Assembly: GCA_965222105.1 (NCBI GenBank)
Contig: CBDCTQ010000080.1
Location: 18,638 to 82,637, forward strand
Source of the DNA: Saprospiraceae bacterium
GTDB lineage: Bacteria > Bacteroidota > Bacteroidia > Chitinophagales > Saprospiraceae
Direction of reading: 5' to 3'
DNA: 64,000 nt
A program made the position numbers and the translations under genes. The notes under the pieces are model-generated. The model made no database searches. It worked only from the letters and a program-made list of their open reading frames with translations, and was not told where the DNA came from. This document shows, one piece after another, positions 29,382-39,379 of this stretch. Numbering within the stretch: position 1 is the first letter of the stretch; every line of letters begins with the position of its first letter.

Positions 29382-29466
29382 GATGTTGGTGCAGTCGCCC
29401 TGTTAGGGCTTTTTTGATGATGCATCGCGCTTCGCACGATGTTGGTGCAGTCGCCCCGTTAGGGCT
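29368..29466. repeat. Two direct copies of a ~44-bp sequence, 12 bp apart, at the sigma / anti-sigma junction
   Basis: catcgcgcttcgcacgatgttggtgcagtcgccc[t/c]gttagggct at 29368-29410 and 29423-29466, with one mismatch. Copy 1 overlaps candidate start codons of the anti-sigma gene. Confidence 0.6.
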
Positions 29467-29476
29467 CTTTGGGTTT

Positions 29477-30019
29477 TTAGGGTTTTGTTTGGATGATGAT
29501 GGTTTCCAGTTTTTTGCGCAAAGCGGCTTTTGCTTTAGACAGTTGTGATTTGGAGGTGTTGATGTTGATCTGTAGTTGTTCGGCGATTTCTTTGTGGGTG
29601 TATCCTTCTATTACGTACAGGTTGAACACCAGGCGATAGCCCGTTGGCAGTTGTTGTATAAGTTGGGTTAGGGCTTGGGCATTGAGTTGGTAGTGGATGT
29701 CGCTTTCAGCGAAATGGGTTTGGTGTATGGCCTGGATGTCGGTGGTAGCTGTGTGTTTTTTGTTTTTCCGGAGGTATTGCAATGCGGAATTGACAATGAC
29801 CTTTCGGATCCATCCGCCCAGGGCGCCTTGTCCTTTGTATTGGTGCAGATCGGTAAATACGCGGATAAAGCCGTCCTGCAGCATGTCTTCTGCTTCCGTG
29901 CGGTTGGTGGCATAGCGTAGGCAGATACGGAACATGGGCACCTTATAGGCTTCGTACAGCCGACGTTGAGATAGGCGGTGGCCCTCCAGACATCCTTGTA
30001 TGATTTGATTTTCCGACAT
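29477..30019 (-). CDS. ECF-type RNA polymerase sigma-70 factor
   Basis: 180 aa with region 2 (DMLQDGFIRVFTDL) and region 4 HTH (YRLVFNLYVIEGYTHKEIAEQLQININTSKSQLSKAKAALRKKL). Confidence 0.85.
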   Translation of the reverse strand: MSENQIIQGCLEGHRLSQRRLYEAYKVPMFRICLRYATNRTEAEDMLQDGFIRVFTDLHQYKGQGALGGWIRKVIVNSALQYLRKNKKHTATTDIQAIHQTHFAESDIHYQLNAQALTQLIQQLPTGYRLVFNLYVIEGYTHKEIAEQLQININTSKSQLSKAKAALRKKLETIIIQTKP

Positions 30020-30361
30020 ATGACTTTTTTTCCCTCCACGCTATGGGAATAGACTCCAGGGCATAAGTTTTACTGGTTTAGAAGCCATTTGTTTTTGTTT
30101 CTTGTGTACCATCAGGGTGATTTTAAGCGGGAAAAGGTTGCCTGAGAAAGAAGGAAATAATGTACAAATACAATATCCACAAAGTATCTTTTCGTTTTAA
30201 ATATCTGGGCTAGAAATTAAATTTTATTGCCTTTCGGCTAAAAATTAACTGCATTTGTCGATGCAAAATGCAAGTTTTAGGAAATTCTGCCTATATTTAT
30301 TGCATCAGGAAAATGATCATTTAAACAGCATTTCGCTCCAAACCAAAAGAACACAGGGCCT

Positions 30362-30967
30362 ATGATTGTACTGTTTTTAGGAAACTGGTGGGGAGACCTA
30401 TCCAATACACAGCAAATTTTTTGGACCATTGCCATTGTTTTCAGCATTCTTTTGCTGATCCAGATGGCCTTGAGCATGATCGGCATGGAGTTGCACGACA
30501 TTGACGGAGATGCCTCGGGCGATCACGGCGATGTGTCGGTGGATGCCGATTTCCATCTGCTTTCCGTAAGGAGTATCATTGCCTTTTTCACTTTGTTTGG
30601 CTGGGCTGGTGTGCTATTGCTCAATTCCGGCAAAGCCATACTGACCACCGTGTTGCTGTCTTCTGTTGCAGGTTTTATTGCTATGATCACCGTTGCTTAT
30701 TTGTTGTATTTATTTGCCAAACTGGGAGAGTCCGGCAATGTAGACCTCCGCGACGCCATTTTCCAGACCGGGCAGGTCTACCTGTCCATCCCCCCCGCTA
30801 AAAGTGGCCAGGGAAAGGTTCACATCGAAATACAGGGCGCCCTCAAAGAACTGGACGCGATCACCGAAGGCAACGGCCTGCCCACCGGATCTCAGGTGAG
30901 GATACTCGAAATACTGGACGACAACCTGCTACTCGTTGAATCGATCGAACAATTTAGGTTTCAGTAA
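30362..30967 (+). CDS. NfeD-like membrane protein (YuaF/YqiJ-type partner of flotillin)
   Basis: N-terminal TM helices and a C-terminal OB-fold-like beta domain (GQGKVHIEIQGALKELDAITEGNGLPTGSQVRILEI). Immediately upstream of the flotillin gene, as in yuaF-floT operons. Confidence 0.7.
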   Translation: MIVLFLGNWWGDLSNTQQIFWTIAIVFSILLLIQMALSMIGMELHDIDGDASGDHGDVSVDADFHLLSVRSIIAFFTLFGWAGVLLLNSGKAILTTVLLSSVAGFIAMITVAYLLYLFAKLGESGNVDLRDAIFQTGQVYLSIPPAKSGQGKVHIEIQGALKELDAITEGNGLPTGSQVRILEILDDNLLLVESIEQFRFQ

Positions 30968-31267
30968 AAAGACGGAATTAAGTTACTTGTTGTCGGTTGT
31001 TTGTTTCCGTGTAGCGTAAAATTCGAAAAAGCAGGGAGGCCATTTTTCAAATGGCTCATTGTCGCGAATAAAACACCTCTGAATAGAAACAATATTTCAA
31101 AACCTATAAAAAAAACCGGCATGGCACTATCGGCTAACAACTGGCTGATGCCCCCTGCCCCATAAACCTCATTATCTGACCAGAGCATGTTTAGGTAAAC
31201 CGTTCCTTCAAAAAGGCGGTTATTTTGGAAACACAAACTTTAAACATACTCCTAAAATTCACTAGTT

Positions 31268-32734
31268 ATGACTACCGCAGCTATTTTAATTCTTATCCTG
31301 GTTTTCATTTCCGTGGTCACATTGTTATTCCTGATCTCGCGTTACAGACGATGCCCTTCCGACAAGATCCTCGTCATTTACGGCCGTACCGGCAAGGGAT
31401 CAGCCCGTTGTCTGGCCGGTGGAGCAGCCTTTGTGTGGCCCGTCATCCAGGACTATGAATACCTCGATCTCACCCCCATCTCCATCGATGTTGACCTACG
31501 CGGTGCCCTCAGTAAACAAAATATTCGCGTAAGCGTTCCCTCCCGGTTCACCGTCGGTATTTCCAACGAAGATGGCGTCATGCTCAACGCCGCAGAACGT
31601 CTGCTCGGCAAAACCACCGACCAGATCAGAGACATTGCCAAAGACATCATATTCGGTCAGTTGCGCCTCGTCGTAGCCACTATGGACATCGAAGAGATCA
31701 ACGCCGACCGCGACAAATTCCTCTCCAACGTCTCTACCAATGTTGGTGCAGAGCTCCGCAAGATCGGCCTCTCCCTGATCAACGTCAACGTAACCGACAT
31801 CCAGGACGAATCCGGCTACATCGAAGCACTGGGTAAAGAAGCTGCCGCCAAAGCCATCAATGACGCCAAAATGTCGGTTGCTGAGAAAAACCGCGACGGT
31901 TCCATCGGAGAAGCCAAAGCCAATAAGGACAAACGAATACAGGTATCTTCCGCCGACGCCGACGCCAAGATCGGGGAGGCAGATGCCGAGGCCAAATCCA
32001 TCGACGGGGAAAACGAAGCCCTCATCAAAATCGCACAATCCAACGCCGAACGGCAGGTCAAAGAAGCCGAAGCCCTCCGCATCGCCACCGCTGCCGAGAA
32101 AATCCAATCGGCCAAAGCATTGGAGGAGGCTTACGTTGCGGAAAAAGAAGCCGAAGAAGCGCGTGCCTCCAGAGAAATGGCCACCCGACAAGCCGACATC
32201 ATCGTTCAAGCTGAAATAGCCAAACAAAAAAGAGAGATCGACGCCGAAGCAGAAGCAGAACAAATACGACGACTGGCCAAAGGAGAAGCCGATGCCATTT
32301 ACATGAAACGAGAGGCAGAAGCAAAGGGTATGTTCGAAATTCTCAGCCGACAGGCAGAAGGATTCAACAAAATCGTCGACGCTGCCAACGGCGATACCCG
32401 CGACGCCGTACTGATGATGATCGCCGACAAGCTGGAAGAACTCGTCAAAACGCAGGTAGACGCCATCAAGAACATGAAGATCGACAAGGTGACCGTCTGG
32501 GAAGGAGGCAACAACGCCAACGGCGAAGCCAACTCCACCGCCAAATTCGTTTCGGGATTGTACAAATCAGTACCGCCCCTCAACGACCTGTTCAACATGG
32601 CCGGAATGGACCTCCCCCAATACCTCGGACAAAACGCATCATCCCCCAACGGCAACGGAAAAGACCTGCCCCCACCCGTAACCAGCAATGACCCACCAAC
32701 TGATGTTGAAATAGAAGAGGAGCCTACGGACTGA
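31268..32734 (+). CDS. Flotillin family protein (SPFH / band 7; FloT-like)
   Basis: N-terminal TM anchor, SPFH domain, long EA-rich coiled coil (AEAEAKSIDGENEALIKIAQSNAERQVKEAEALRIATAAEKIQSAKALEEAYVAEKEAEEARASREMA). Confidence 0.9.
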   Translation: MTTAAILILILVFISVVTLLFLISRYRRCPSDKILVIYGRTGKGSARCLAGGAAFVWPVIQDYEYLDLTPISIDVDLRGALSKQNIRVSVPSRFTVGISNEDGVMLNAAERLLGKTTDQIRDIAKDIIFGQLRLVVATMDIEEINADRDKFLSNVSTNVGAELRKIGLSLINVNVTDIQDESGYIEALGKEAAAKAINDAKMSVAEKNRDGSIGEAKANKDKRIQVSSADADAKIGEADAEAKSIDGENEALIKIAQSNAERQVKEAEALRIATAAEKIQSAKALEEAYVAEKEAEEARASREMATRQADIIVQAEIAKQKREIDAEAEAEQIRRLAKGEADAIYMKREAEAKGMFEILSRQAEGFNKIVDAANGDTRDAVLMMIADKLEELVKTQVDAIKNMKIDKVTVWEGGNNANGEANSTAKFVSGLYKSVPPLNDLFNMAGMDLPQYLGQNASSPNGNGKDLPPPVTSNDPPTDVEIEEEPTD

Positions 32735-32754
32735 TGCCGAAGAATCATATTTTC

Positions 32755-32795
32755 ATAAAAAACGGCCCGAAGTCCTTTCGGGCCGCTTTTTTATT
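32755..32795. terminator. Bidirectional rho-independent terminator
   Basis: cggcccgaa-gtcct-ttcgggccg 9-bp GC stem flanked by A-run and T-run. It lies between the convergent flotillin (+) and BNR-like (-) genes. Confidence 0.8.
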
Positions 32796-33801
32796 CCACC
32801 AAAAACCAAAACAACCGCCCTTCCTCACTCACCACCCAACCCTGGTCTCCAACAATATGTACCCCCAGCAGATCGACACCTGGAAAATTGTCGACCACCT
32901 GCCAGTTGTCGCCACCATTGGCAGTACGCCAGAAAGTGCCATCTTCCCCAACAAGATACCCACGGACTTCGTCGATGAAGTGGAGATCGCGGAATGGGAC
33001 GTTCTTCACCCCGATCTTTTCGCCTTTGCGAATCTTGTCCCATTTCCTTCCTCCGTCGGTGGTTTTGAGGATAGTGCCTCCCGATCCCACTGCGTATCCA
33101 ACCTCTGGTGATGGGAAATCAACAGCCCGGAAAAAATCGCCGTCGATGTCGAGGCGCTGCCAGCTTTGACCACTGTCGTCGGAACGGAGCACGATGCCAA
33201 ATCCCAGGGCGTGAGCAGTCGAATCGGTGGAATAACAAATGGCCGCCAACTCATTCTCAAAAGTATCTATCTGCGTTACATTGTTATTGTCGAGACGCAT
33301 GATGACGCCGAATCCGTAAGCGATACCGCCCACTACCATTCCTTCATTCCGGTTTTTGTAAGCCACGTCGCGTAGAACATCGTATCGGGGCAGCCGCAAA
33401 AAATTCCAGGGAGCCTCCGGCGTTTCCTTTCGGAAAAGGTAACCATCAATACCGACGCAGACGCCATAGCCATCCTCCAAAAACTGGAGGCCGTTCATTT
33501 TTTTATTGGTCAGCGAGTCTACCAGCCAGGTATCGCCTCCATCGGTAGTCGACAGGTAATAGCCCTGATACCAGGTATCGCCTCCGATGATGTGGCCGGT
33601 ATTTTCGTTGGTAAAAAAAACAGCCGTCAACGGAGAAGTATTGTTGACCATTCGCTCTTCCCACACCAGGTCTATCTTTTCCTTTCCGCAAGAAGACATG
33701 GCCAGCAACAGACAGATAAAATAAAAAAGCCTGTGGTAAACAGGCTTTTGGGTTATCTTATTCAAGGGGGTGCCTTCATTCATTTTGTCCCGATTTGACA
33801 C
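32791..33801 (-). CDS. BNR/Ycf48-like beta-propeller lipoprotein
   Basis: Lipoprotein-like leader (LLLAMSSCGK). Repeated TDGGxTW / SxDxGxTW motifs (TTDGGDTWL, SDDSGQSWQ, TTDGGRKWD, TANGGDNWQ). Confidence 0.7.
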   Translation of the reverse strand: MSNRDKMNEGTPLNKITQKPVYHRLFYFICLLLAMSSCGKEKIDLVWEERMVNNTSPLTAVFFTNENTGHIIGGDTWYQGYYLSTTDGGDTWLVDSLTNKKMNGLQFLEDGYGVCVGIDGYLFRKETPEAPWNFLRLPRYDVLRDVAYKNRNEGMVVGGIAYGFGVIMRLDNNNVTQIDTFENELAAICYSTDSTAHALGFGIVLRSDDSGQSWQRLDIDGDFFRAVDFPSPEVGYAVGSGGTILKTTDGGRKWDKIRKGEKIGVKNVPFRDLHFIDEVRGYLVGEDGTFWRTANGGDNWQVVDNFPGVDLLGVHIVGDQGWVVSEEGRLFWFLVE

Positions 33802-34351
33802 TGTCTTTCACCAGTGGGCCGATTTTGTCGGAAGACTTTTCCTCCTCTTCCTTTTTAGAAAATGTGGGGAAAGAGGCCACCCCGTAGTGGGAAAACTTTT
33901 TACCTACTTTTAGTGGAAACTGGTAATTATTGATGAAGCTCATCAGGAAGAGGGTAAGTTTGTCGGTGTCGACATTTCTGGAATTGGGTTTGGGGTAGAA
34001 CGCAATGTGACGGATGCTGCCGTCCTCTTTCCAAAAGATGTTGAGCCATAGTTTGACGCCTTTGAGGTCGAAATTGACCACATCGGAATGCGACTCCATG
34101 GCGACGACCATATCCCGCCATTTTTCGAAAGCCACGTTCATATCGTCGTTGCAGGCGGTCAGCAGGAGGGTTTGATGCTCGTTCAATAGTTGTTCGAAGG
34201 CCTGCTCATATTCACCTATCAGAAAGGCTTTGGGGGCGATGCTATCGGTTTGGATAGGCTGAGAAAACCCTTCCAAACCGGGCATGGCCGCAAGTTGGTT
34301 GGTATTAGCTAGAAAATTTGCAAGCATTAAAATGCAAATGACGAGTCTCAT
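33776..34351 (-). CDS. Hypothetical secreted protein
   Basis: Signal peptide MRLVICILMLANFLANTNQLAAMPG at the internal ATG 34351. The ORF track start at 34564 is probably too long. No recognisable domain. Overlaps the 3' end of the upstream gene by 26 nt. Confidence 0.4.
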   Translation of the reverse strand: MRLVICILMLANFLANTNQLAAMPGLEGFSQPIQTDSIAPKAFLIGEYEQAFEQLLNEHQTLLLTACNDDMNVAFEKWRDMVVAMESHSDVVNFDLKGVKLWLNIFWKEDGSIRHIAFYPKPNSRNVDTDKLTLFLMSFINNYQFPLKVGKKFSHYGVASFPTFSKKEEEEKSSDKIGPLVKDSVKSGQNE

Positions 34352-34778
34352 GGACTTATTAATTTTTGTCAAAAGTAAGAAAATATATTTACCCGATACC
34401 ATCGCAGTTGTTTCGTTCTTAGTACAAAAAAGAACACAAACTGTAACCTGCGATCTAAGTAGGATGGGAGGACTCTGGGCGGAAATCGATGAAAATTCCC
34501 GAAAATGACTAATGTATGGATATGTTCCTGCGATATTGCTTTCAGGACCAAGCAGAATTTGCATAAAAAACGTGCAATAATAACGATCTTTTGCCTAAGA
34601 ACGTATTAAAATCAGAACCTTTGCAAAATTTTAAACCAACTCACCGGCTAATTTTTTGCGATCAACATTGAAAAGGCAGATACTTAACCCCTCAGAGTAT
34701 CGTTTTAAGGGAGAAATGGCGAGAATTTCGGGATTTGCCATTGCCGAATTACACCAAAACCCTTATCTTTGCGCTCCG

Positions 34779-35585
34779 ATGAAAAAATCTGTTTTTTTCT
34801 TTTGTCTGATGGCTTTTCTTGCAATTGGATTTTCTTCCTGCAAAAGCGAATTTGAAACCATCCGGGTTAGCAACGATCCTGAATTGTTGTACAAAAAAGC
34901 CTTCGAGTACTACGAAAAAGAACAGTATCTTAAAGCCCAAACCCTGTTTGAACTTATCATAAGCGGCCTGCGGGGAAAGGTAGAGGCTGAAAAGGTATAT
35001 TACTATTATGCCTACACCCATTATCACCTCAACAAATACATCCTGGCAGCTTATTATTTTAAGAATTTTTCCAACACCTTCCCCAACAGCACCTATCGCG
35101 AAGAAGCGGATTTTATGACCGGTTATTCCAACTACGAAATGTCGCCCTCTTTTCGGCTCGACCAAACCTATTCGGAAAAAGCCATTGAAGATTTTCAGCT
35201 ATTCACCAATACACACCCCACCAGCAACCGGGTGGCAGAAGCCAACAAGCTGATCGATGAAATACGAAAAAAGCTGGAGCGCAAAGCCTTCCACGAGGCC
35301 ATCCTCTATTTTGACCTGCGCCAGTATCAGGCCGCCAGCCACTGTTTTGAAAATATGCTCAAGGACTACCCCGAAACCAAAGACGACGAGCGCATCCGGT
35401 TTATGATCGTTAAGGCCAATTACCTCCTGGCTGAAAACAGCATCTACGAAAAAAAGCCCGATCGCTATCGTGACGCCATCAAAGCCGCCGATACATTCAT
35501 CGCCCGCTACCCGGAAAGCGGCTACACCAAAGAAATAAGCAACATTAAAAAAGATTCTGAAAAAAGTTTAAAACCTTTCTCATAA
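34779..35585 (+). CDS. bamD: Outer membrane protein assembly factor BamD (TPR lipoprotein)
   Basis: Lipoprotein leader MKKSVFFFCLMAFLAIGFSSC. TPR-like repeats. Conserved synteny bamD-rpoZ-coaBC. Confidence 0.8.
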   Translation: MKKSVFFFCLMAFLAIGFSSCKSEFETIRVSNDPELLYKKAFEYYEKEQYLKAQTLFELIISGLRGKVEAEKVYYYYAYTHYHLNKYILAAYYFKNFSNTFPNSTYREEADFMTGYSNYEMSPSFRLDQTYSEKAIEDFQLFTNTHPTSNRVAEANKLIDEIRKKLERKAFHEAILYFDLRQYQAASHCFENMLKDYPETKDDERIRFMIVKANYLLAENSIYEKKPDRYRDAIKAADTFIARYPESGYTKEISNIKKDSEKSLKPFS

Positions 35586-35923
35586 TGACTGACATCAAAT
35601 CAAAAGTGCAAGGGCTGGAGCCCAACGTTCAGGCACGCGATATCCAGGAAATCGTCAAGAAAACCGGCAATATCTACGAGGCCCTCGCCATCATCGGCAA
35701 AAGAGCCCGTCAAATTTCCATCGACCTGAAACACGAACTGCACAATAAGCTCGAAGAGTTCGCCATCAACTCCGAAACCATCGAAGAGATCCACGAAAAC
35801 AAAGAACAGATAGAAATTTCCAAATTCTACGAGCGCCTTCCCAACCCCGTACTGATTGCTACCGAAGAATTCCTTCAGGACAATATTCACTTTCATTACA
35901 AAGAGGAGAAAAAGAGATATTAA
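35585..35923 (+). CDS. rpoZ: DNA-directed RNA polymerase subunit omega
   Basis: NIYEALAIIGKRARQI matches the RpoZ core motif (xRYELVxxAAKRARQL). TAATG overlap with the bamD stop. Confidence 0.6.
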   Translation: MTDIKSKVQGLEPNVQARDIQEIVKKTGNIYEALAIIGKRARQISIDLKHELHNKLEEFAINSETIEEIHENKEQIEISKFYERLPNPVLIATEEFLQDNIHFHYKEEKKRY

Positions 35924-35944
35924 TCCCTCGATCATACTCCTGCC

Positions 35945-37153
35945 ATGAACCATCTCAATGGCAAAAAAATTCTGCTCGGCATCACCGGCAGCATCGCAGC
36001 TTATAAGGCTGCATTCCTGGTACGCCTCCTCATCAAATCAGGCGCCGAAGTGCAAGTGGTAATGACTCCTGCCGCCACCGACTTCATTACGCCACTAACC
36101 CTTTCCACCCTCTCCAAAAACAAGGTGTACACGAACGTCAGTGCCGAAGACAGCTGGAACAACCATGTCGACATGGGCCTATGGGCCGACGCCCTGGTCG
36201 TAGCCCCCGCCACCGCCACCACCCTGGCAAAGATGGCTCATGGTATTTGCGACAGCATCATCGTGGCCACTTACCTTTCGGCAAAATGCCCCATTTTTTT
36301 TGCGCCAGCTATGGACCTCGACATGTGGAAGCACCCCGCCACCCAGGAAAACATCGGGCGGCTGCAATCGTTCGGCAACCACCTCATCCCCGTCGGACAT
36401 GGCGAACTGGCCAGCGGGCTGACCGGCGAAGGAAGAATGGCCGAACCAGCATATATTTGCGAAGTGCTGGACCAACATTTCCATAAAAAAAATACCTTAG
36501 CCGGTAAAAAAGCCCTCGTAACCGCCGGCCCCACCTACGAAGCCCTCGACCCGGTGCGCTTCATCGGCAACCACTCCTCCGGCAAAATGGGCGTGGCACT
36601 GGCCGAAGAACTGGCCCAGAGGGGCGCCGAAGTTACCCTGGTGCTGGGTCCTTCAAAACTAAGTGCGGCCCATCCGCGTATAAAGACCGTGCGCGTAGAA
36701 TCGGCCCGGCAAATGTACGAGGCTTGCTCGGATGATTTTCCCGCATCTCACATCACCGTTTTGGCGGCAGCCGTTGCAGACTTTCGTCCAAAAACCAGAG
36801 CCGATCAAAAGATCAAAAAATCGGGCAATGGCCTGTCGATCCACCTTGAACGCACCACCGACATCGCCGCCACCCTCGGCAAGACCAAACAGGCCGGACA
36901 ATTACTCGTCGGATTTGCCCTCGAAACCAACAACGAACTGGCCAACGCCCAGGGAAAACTGACCCGGAAAAATTTCGACTTCATCGTACTCAACTCCCTC
37001 CGCGATAAAGGCGCCGGATTTCAACACGACACCAACAAGATAACCCTCGTCGGGAAAAACAATAAGATCAAAAAAATGGAGTTAAAATCTAAACGGAAAG
37101 TGGCTGAAGACATCGTCGATGAAATAGAATCACTCCTCCCGGAAACGGTTTAA
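35945..37153 (+). CDS. coaBC: Bifunctional phosphopantothenoylcysteine decarboxylase / phosphopantothenate--cysteine ligase
   Basis: N-terminal flavoprotein domain (ILLGITGSIAAYKA) and C-terminal CoaB domain (ITAGPTYEALDPVRFIGNHSSGKMG). Confidence 0.95.
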   Translation: MNHLNGKKILLGITGSIAAYKAAFLVRLLIKSGAEVQVVMTPAATDFITPLTLSTLSKNKVYTNVSAEDSWNNHVDMGLWADALVVAPATATTLAKMAHGICDSIIVATYLSAKCPIFFAPAMDLDMWKHPATQENIGRLQSFGNHLIPVGHGELASGLTGEGRMAEPAYICEVLDQHFHKKNTLAGKKALVTAGPTYEALDPVRFIGNHSSGKMGVALAEELAQRGAEVTLVLGPSKLSAAHPRIKTVRVESARQMYEACSDDFPASHITVLAAAVADFRPKTRADQKIKKSGNGLSIHLERTTDIAATLGKTKQAGQLLVGFALETNNELANAQGKLTRKNFDFIVLNSLRDKGAGFQHDTNKITLVGKNNKIKKMELKSKRKVAEDIVDEIESLLPETV

Positions 37154-37178
37154 TAATCTCTTTGCAACAATTTACGAT

Positions 37179-38084
37179 ATGAAAAAGCTGTTTTTACCCT
37201 TGCTCTTCCTGCTGTCTATCATCTTGTGCCTGCACGCTCAGGAACTCAACGTCTCCGTCAGCGTTAACCACCCCGCTACGCAAAATACCGACCCACAGGT
37301 ATTTAAAGACCTGGAGACGACCATCACTGAATTCCTCAACACCCAAAAATGGACCGAAGACGTCTTCGAGCCCGAAGAGCGCATTGAAGCCAACGTCCAG
37401 ATCAACATCACCGACGAACTCAGTGCCACCGAGTTCAAGGCCGACGTGCTGATCCAGTCCATCCGGCCGGTCTATGGTGGTGATTATCAAACAGTGCTAC
37501 TCTCTCATGCCGACAAAGGCGTCGTATTTACCTACGAGCAATTCCAGCCATTGGTGTACACCAAAAACATTTTTATAGACAACCTCACCTCCGTTCTCTC
37601 CTTTTATGCCTACATCATCATCGGGTTGGATTACGATTCGTTTTCTCCTTTTGGTGGAGACCCTTATTTTCAAACGGCACAGGATATTGTCAACAATGTA
37701 CCCTCCAGCCAGACTTCCAAATACAAAGGATGGCGCAGCCTCGACGGCAACCGCAACCGCTTCTGGATCATCGAAAACCTGCTCAATCCCCGCGTCCGGC
37801 CACTGCGGCAATCCCTTTACGACTACCACCGCCTGGGGCTCGACACCATGCACGAAAACGTCGAAACCGGAAGATCGATCGTAGCCACCGCGCTCGAAGC
37901 CATCGGTTCGGTACACAAAGACATGCCCACCGGTATGATCATCCAGCTGTTTACCAATGCCAAGAGAAATGAGGTAGTGGAAATTTTCAAAAAAGGCGAC
38001 CGGCAACAAAAAACAAAAATCAAACAATTGATGACCAAAATGGATGCTTCCAATGCAACCAAATACCGGGAGATCGGGAGGTAA
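37179..38084 (+). CDS. DUF4835 family secreted protein
   Basis: Signal peptide. Sequence and post-coaBC position match the Bacteroidota DUF4835 family. Confidence 0.65.
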   Translation: MKKLFLPLLFLLSIILCLHAQELNVSVSVNHPATQNTDPQVFKDLETTITEFLNTQKWTEDVFEPEERIEANVQINITDELSATEFKADVLIQSIRPVYGGDYQTVLLSHADKGVVFTYEQFQPLVYTKNIFIDNLTSVLSFYAYIIIGLDYDSFSPFGGDPYFQTAQDIVNNVPSSQTSKYKGWRSLDGNRNRFWIIENLLNPRVRPLRQSLYDYHRLGLDTMHENVETGRSIVATALEAIGSVHKDMPTGMIIQLFTNAKRNEVVEIFKKGDRQQKTKIKQLMTKMDASNATKYREIGR

Positions 38085-38158
38085 AAAGCATCAACCTCCT
38101 TTTTCCATAACAATATATTTCCGAACCGATCTGCATCTAATAGTACACACCTTTCACT

Positions 38159-39379
38159 ATGAACAATGTCATTTTGTTTGACAACGAAACCAGAGACCAA
38201 CTCCTTCCTCTTACTTTTACCCGACCGGTTTGCGAATTGCGCACGGGTATCCTGCGCATCCGTCAAAAATGGGAACGGCTGCTGGAAGCCCAGGTCTCCT
38301 ACATCACCCAGGACTACCTTTCGGAAAAATATCCCATTCACATCGGCGACGACAACATCGTCATCAACGGCTCCGTGTTGCCCACCGAACAATTGGTGCG
38401 GTTAATCACCCAATTGGAATCCAACGAGGCCCTGCTCCACCAGGAAGCCCTCATCGCCGCCCGCCTCAATGCCCGTCAATTTGAACGCCTAATGCACGAA
38501 GAGGAAATCGACGAGTTGGCGGGATTTGAAATTGGCGATACCCCCTTTCGGCAAATCCAATATCCCTGGGACCTGTTTAGCCTCAATGGCTACGAGTTGC
38601 ATTCCGATTTTAAGTTGATCACCAAAGGGAGGGATTCTCAACCACTCTCCGATACCAACACGGTTATTGGCGACCCCGGTCTTATTTTTCTCGAAGAAGG
38701 AGCCATCGTGGAAGCCGCCGTGCTGAACACAAATAAAGGCCCCATCTACGTGGGTACAAACGCCGAGATCATGGAGGGTTGCCATGTCCGTAACGGATTG
38801 GCGCTTTGTGAAGGCGCAAAGTTGAAAATGGGCGCCAGGGTATACGGCCCCACTACCATAGGCCCCTATTCCAAAGTAGGTGGTGAGGTTTCCAACATAG
38901 TGCTTACGGGTTATTCCAACAAGGGGCACGACGGGTTTCTGGGCAACGCCGTGTTGGGTGAATGGTGCAACCTGGGTGCAGACACGAATGCTTCCAATCT
39001 GAAAAACAACTATTCCGAAGTGCGCGTTTGGAGCTATCTCCAGGAGTCGTTTATCAGAACGGGGTTGCAGTTCTGCGGGCTCATCATGGGCGATCACTCC
39101 AAATGTGGGATCAATACTATGTTTAATACCGGTACGGTGGTGGGCGTGTTCGCCAATGTGTTTGGGAGCGGTTTCCCGCGAAATTTCATCCCGTCTTTTT
39201 CCTGGGGAGGGGCATCCGGTTTTTCTACCTATCAAGCCGACAAAGCATTTGAAACGGCCATCCGGACGATGGCCCGCCGAAAAAAGTTATTCAATGAGGC
39301 CGACCGGCAAATACTTCAAAATATTTTCACCCAAACCGCCCGGTTCAGACGGTGGGAAAAAGTAGCCTCCGAATCATGA
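38159..39379 (+). CDS. GlmU-like putative sugar-phosphate nucleotidyltransferase with C-terminal left-handed beta-helix
   Basis: N-terminal nucleotidyltransferase-like region. C-terminal hexapeptide-repeat region (GDPGLIFLEEGAIVEAAVLNTNKGPIYVGTNAEIMEGCHVRNGLALCEGAKLKMGARVYGPTTIGPYSKVGGEV). Confidence 0.6.
   Translation: MNNVILFDNETRDQLLPLTFTRPVCELRTGILRIRQKWERLLEAQVSYITQDYLSEKYPIHIGDDNIVINGSVLPTEQLVRLITQLESNEALLHQEALIAARLNARQFERLMHEEEIDELAGFEIGDTPFRQIQYPWDLFSLNGYELHSDFKLITKGRDSQPLSDTNTVIGDPGLIFLEEGAIVEAAVLNTNKGPIYVGTNAEIMEGCHVRNGLALCEGAKLKMGARVYGPTTIGPYSKVGGEVSNIVLTGYSNKGHDGFLGNAVLGEWCNLGADTNASNLKNNYSEVRVWSYLQESFIRTGLQFCGLIMGDHSKCGINTMFNTGTVVGVFANVFGSGFPRNFIPSFSWGGASGFSTYQADKAFETAIRTMARRKKLFNEADRQILQNIFTQTARFRRWEKVASES

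Noticed and set aside
31496-32263. 255-aa minus-strand ORF inside flotillin
   Set aside because: Antisense to the EA-rich coiled-coil region of flotillin. Low-complexity G/F/D-rich artefact.
36181-36534. Overlapping ORFs within coaBC in other frames
   Set aside because: Arg/Pro/Gly-rich shadow ORFs inside a confidently called gene.
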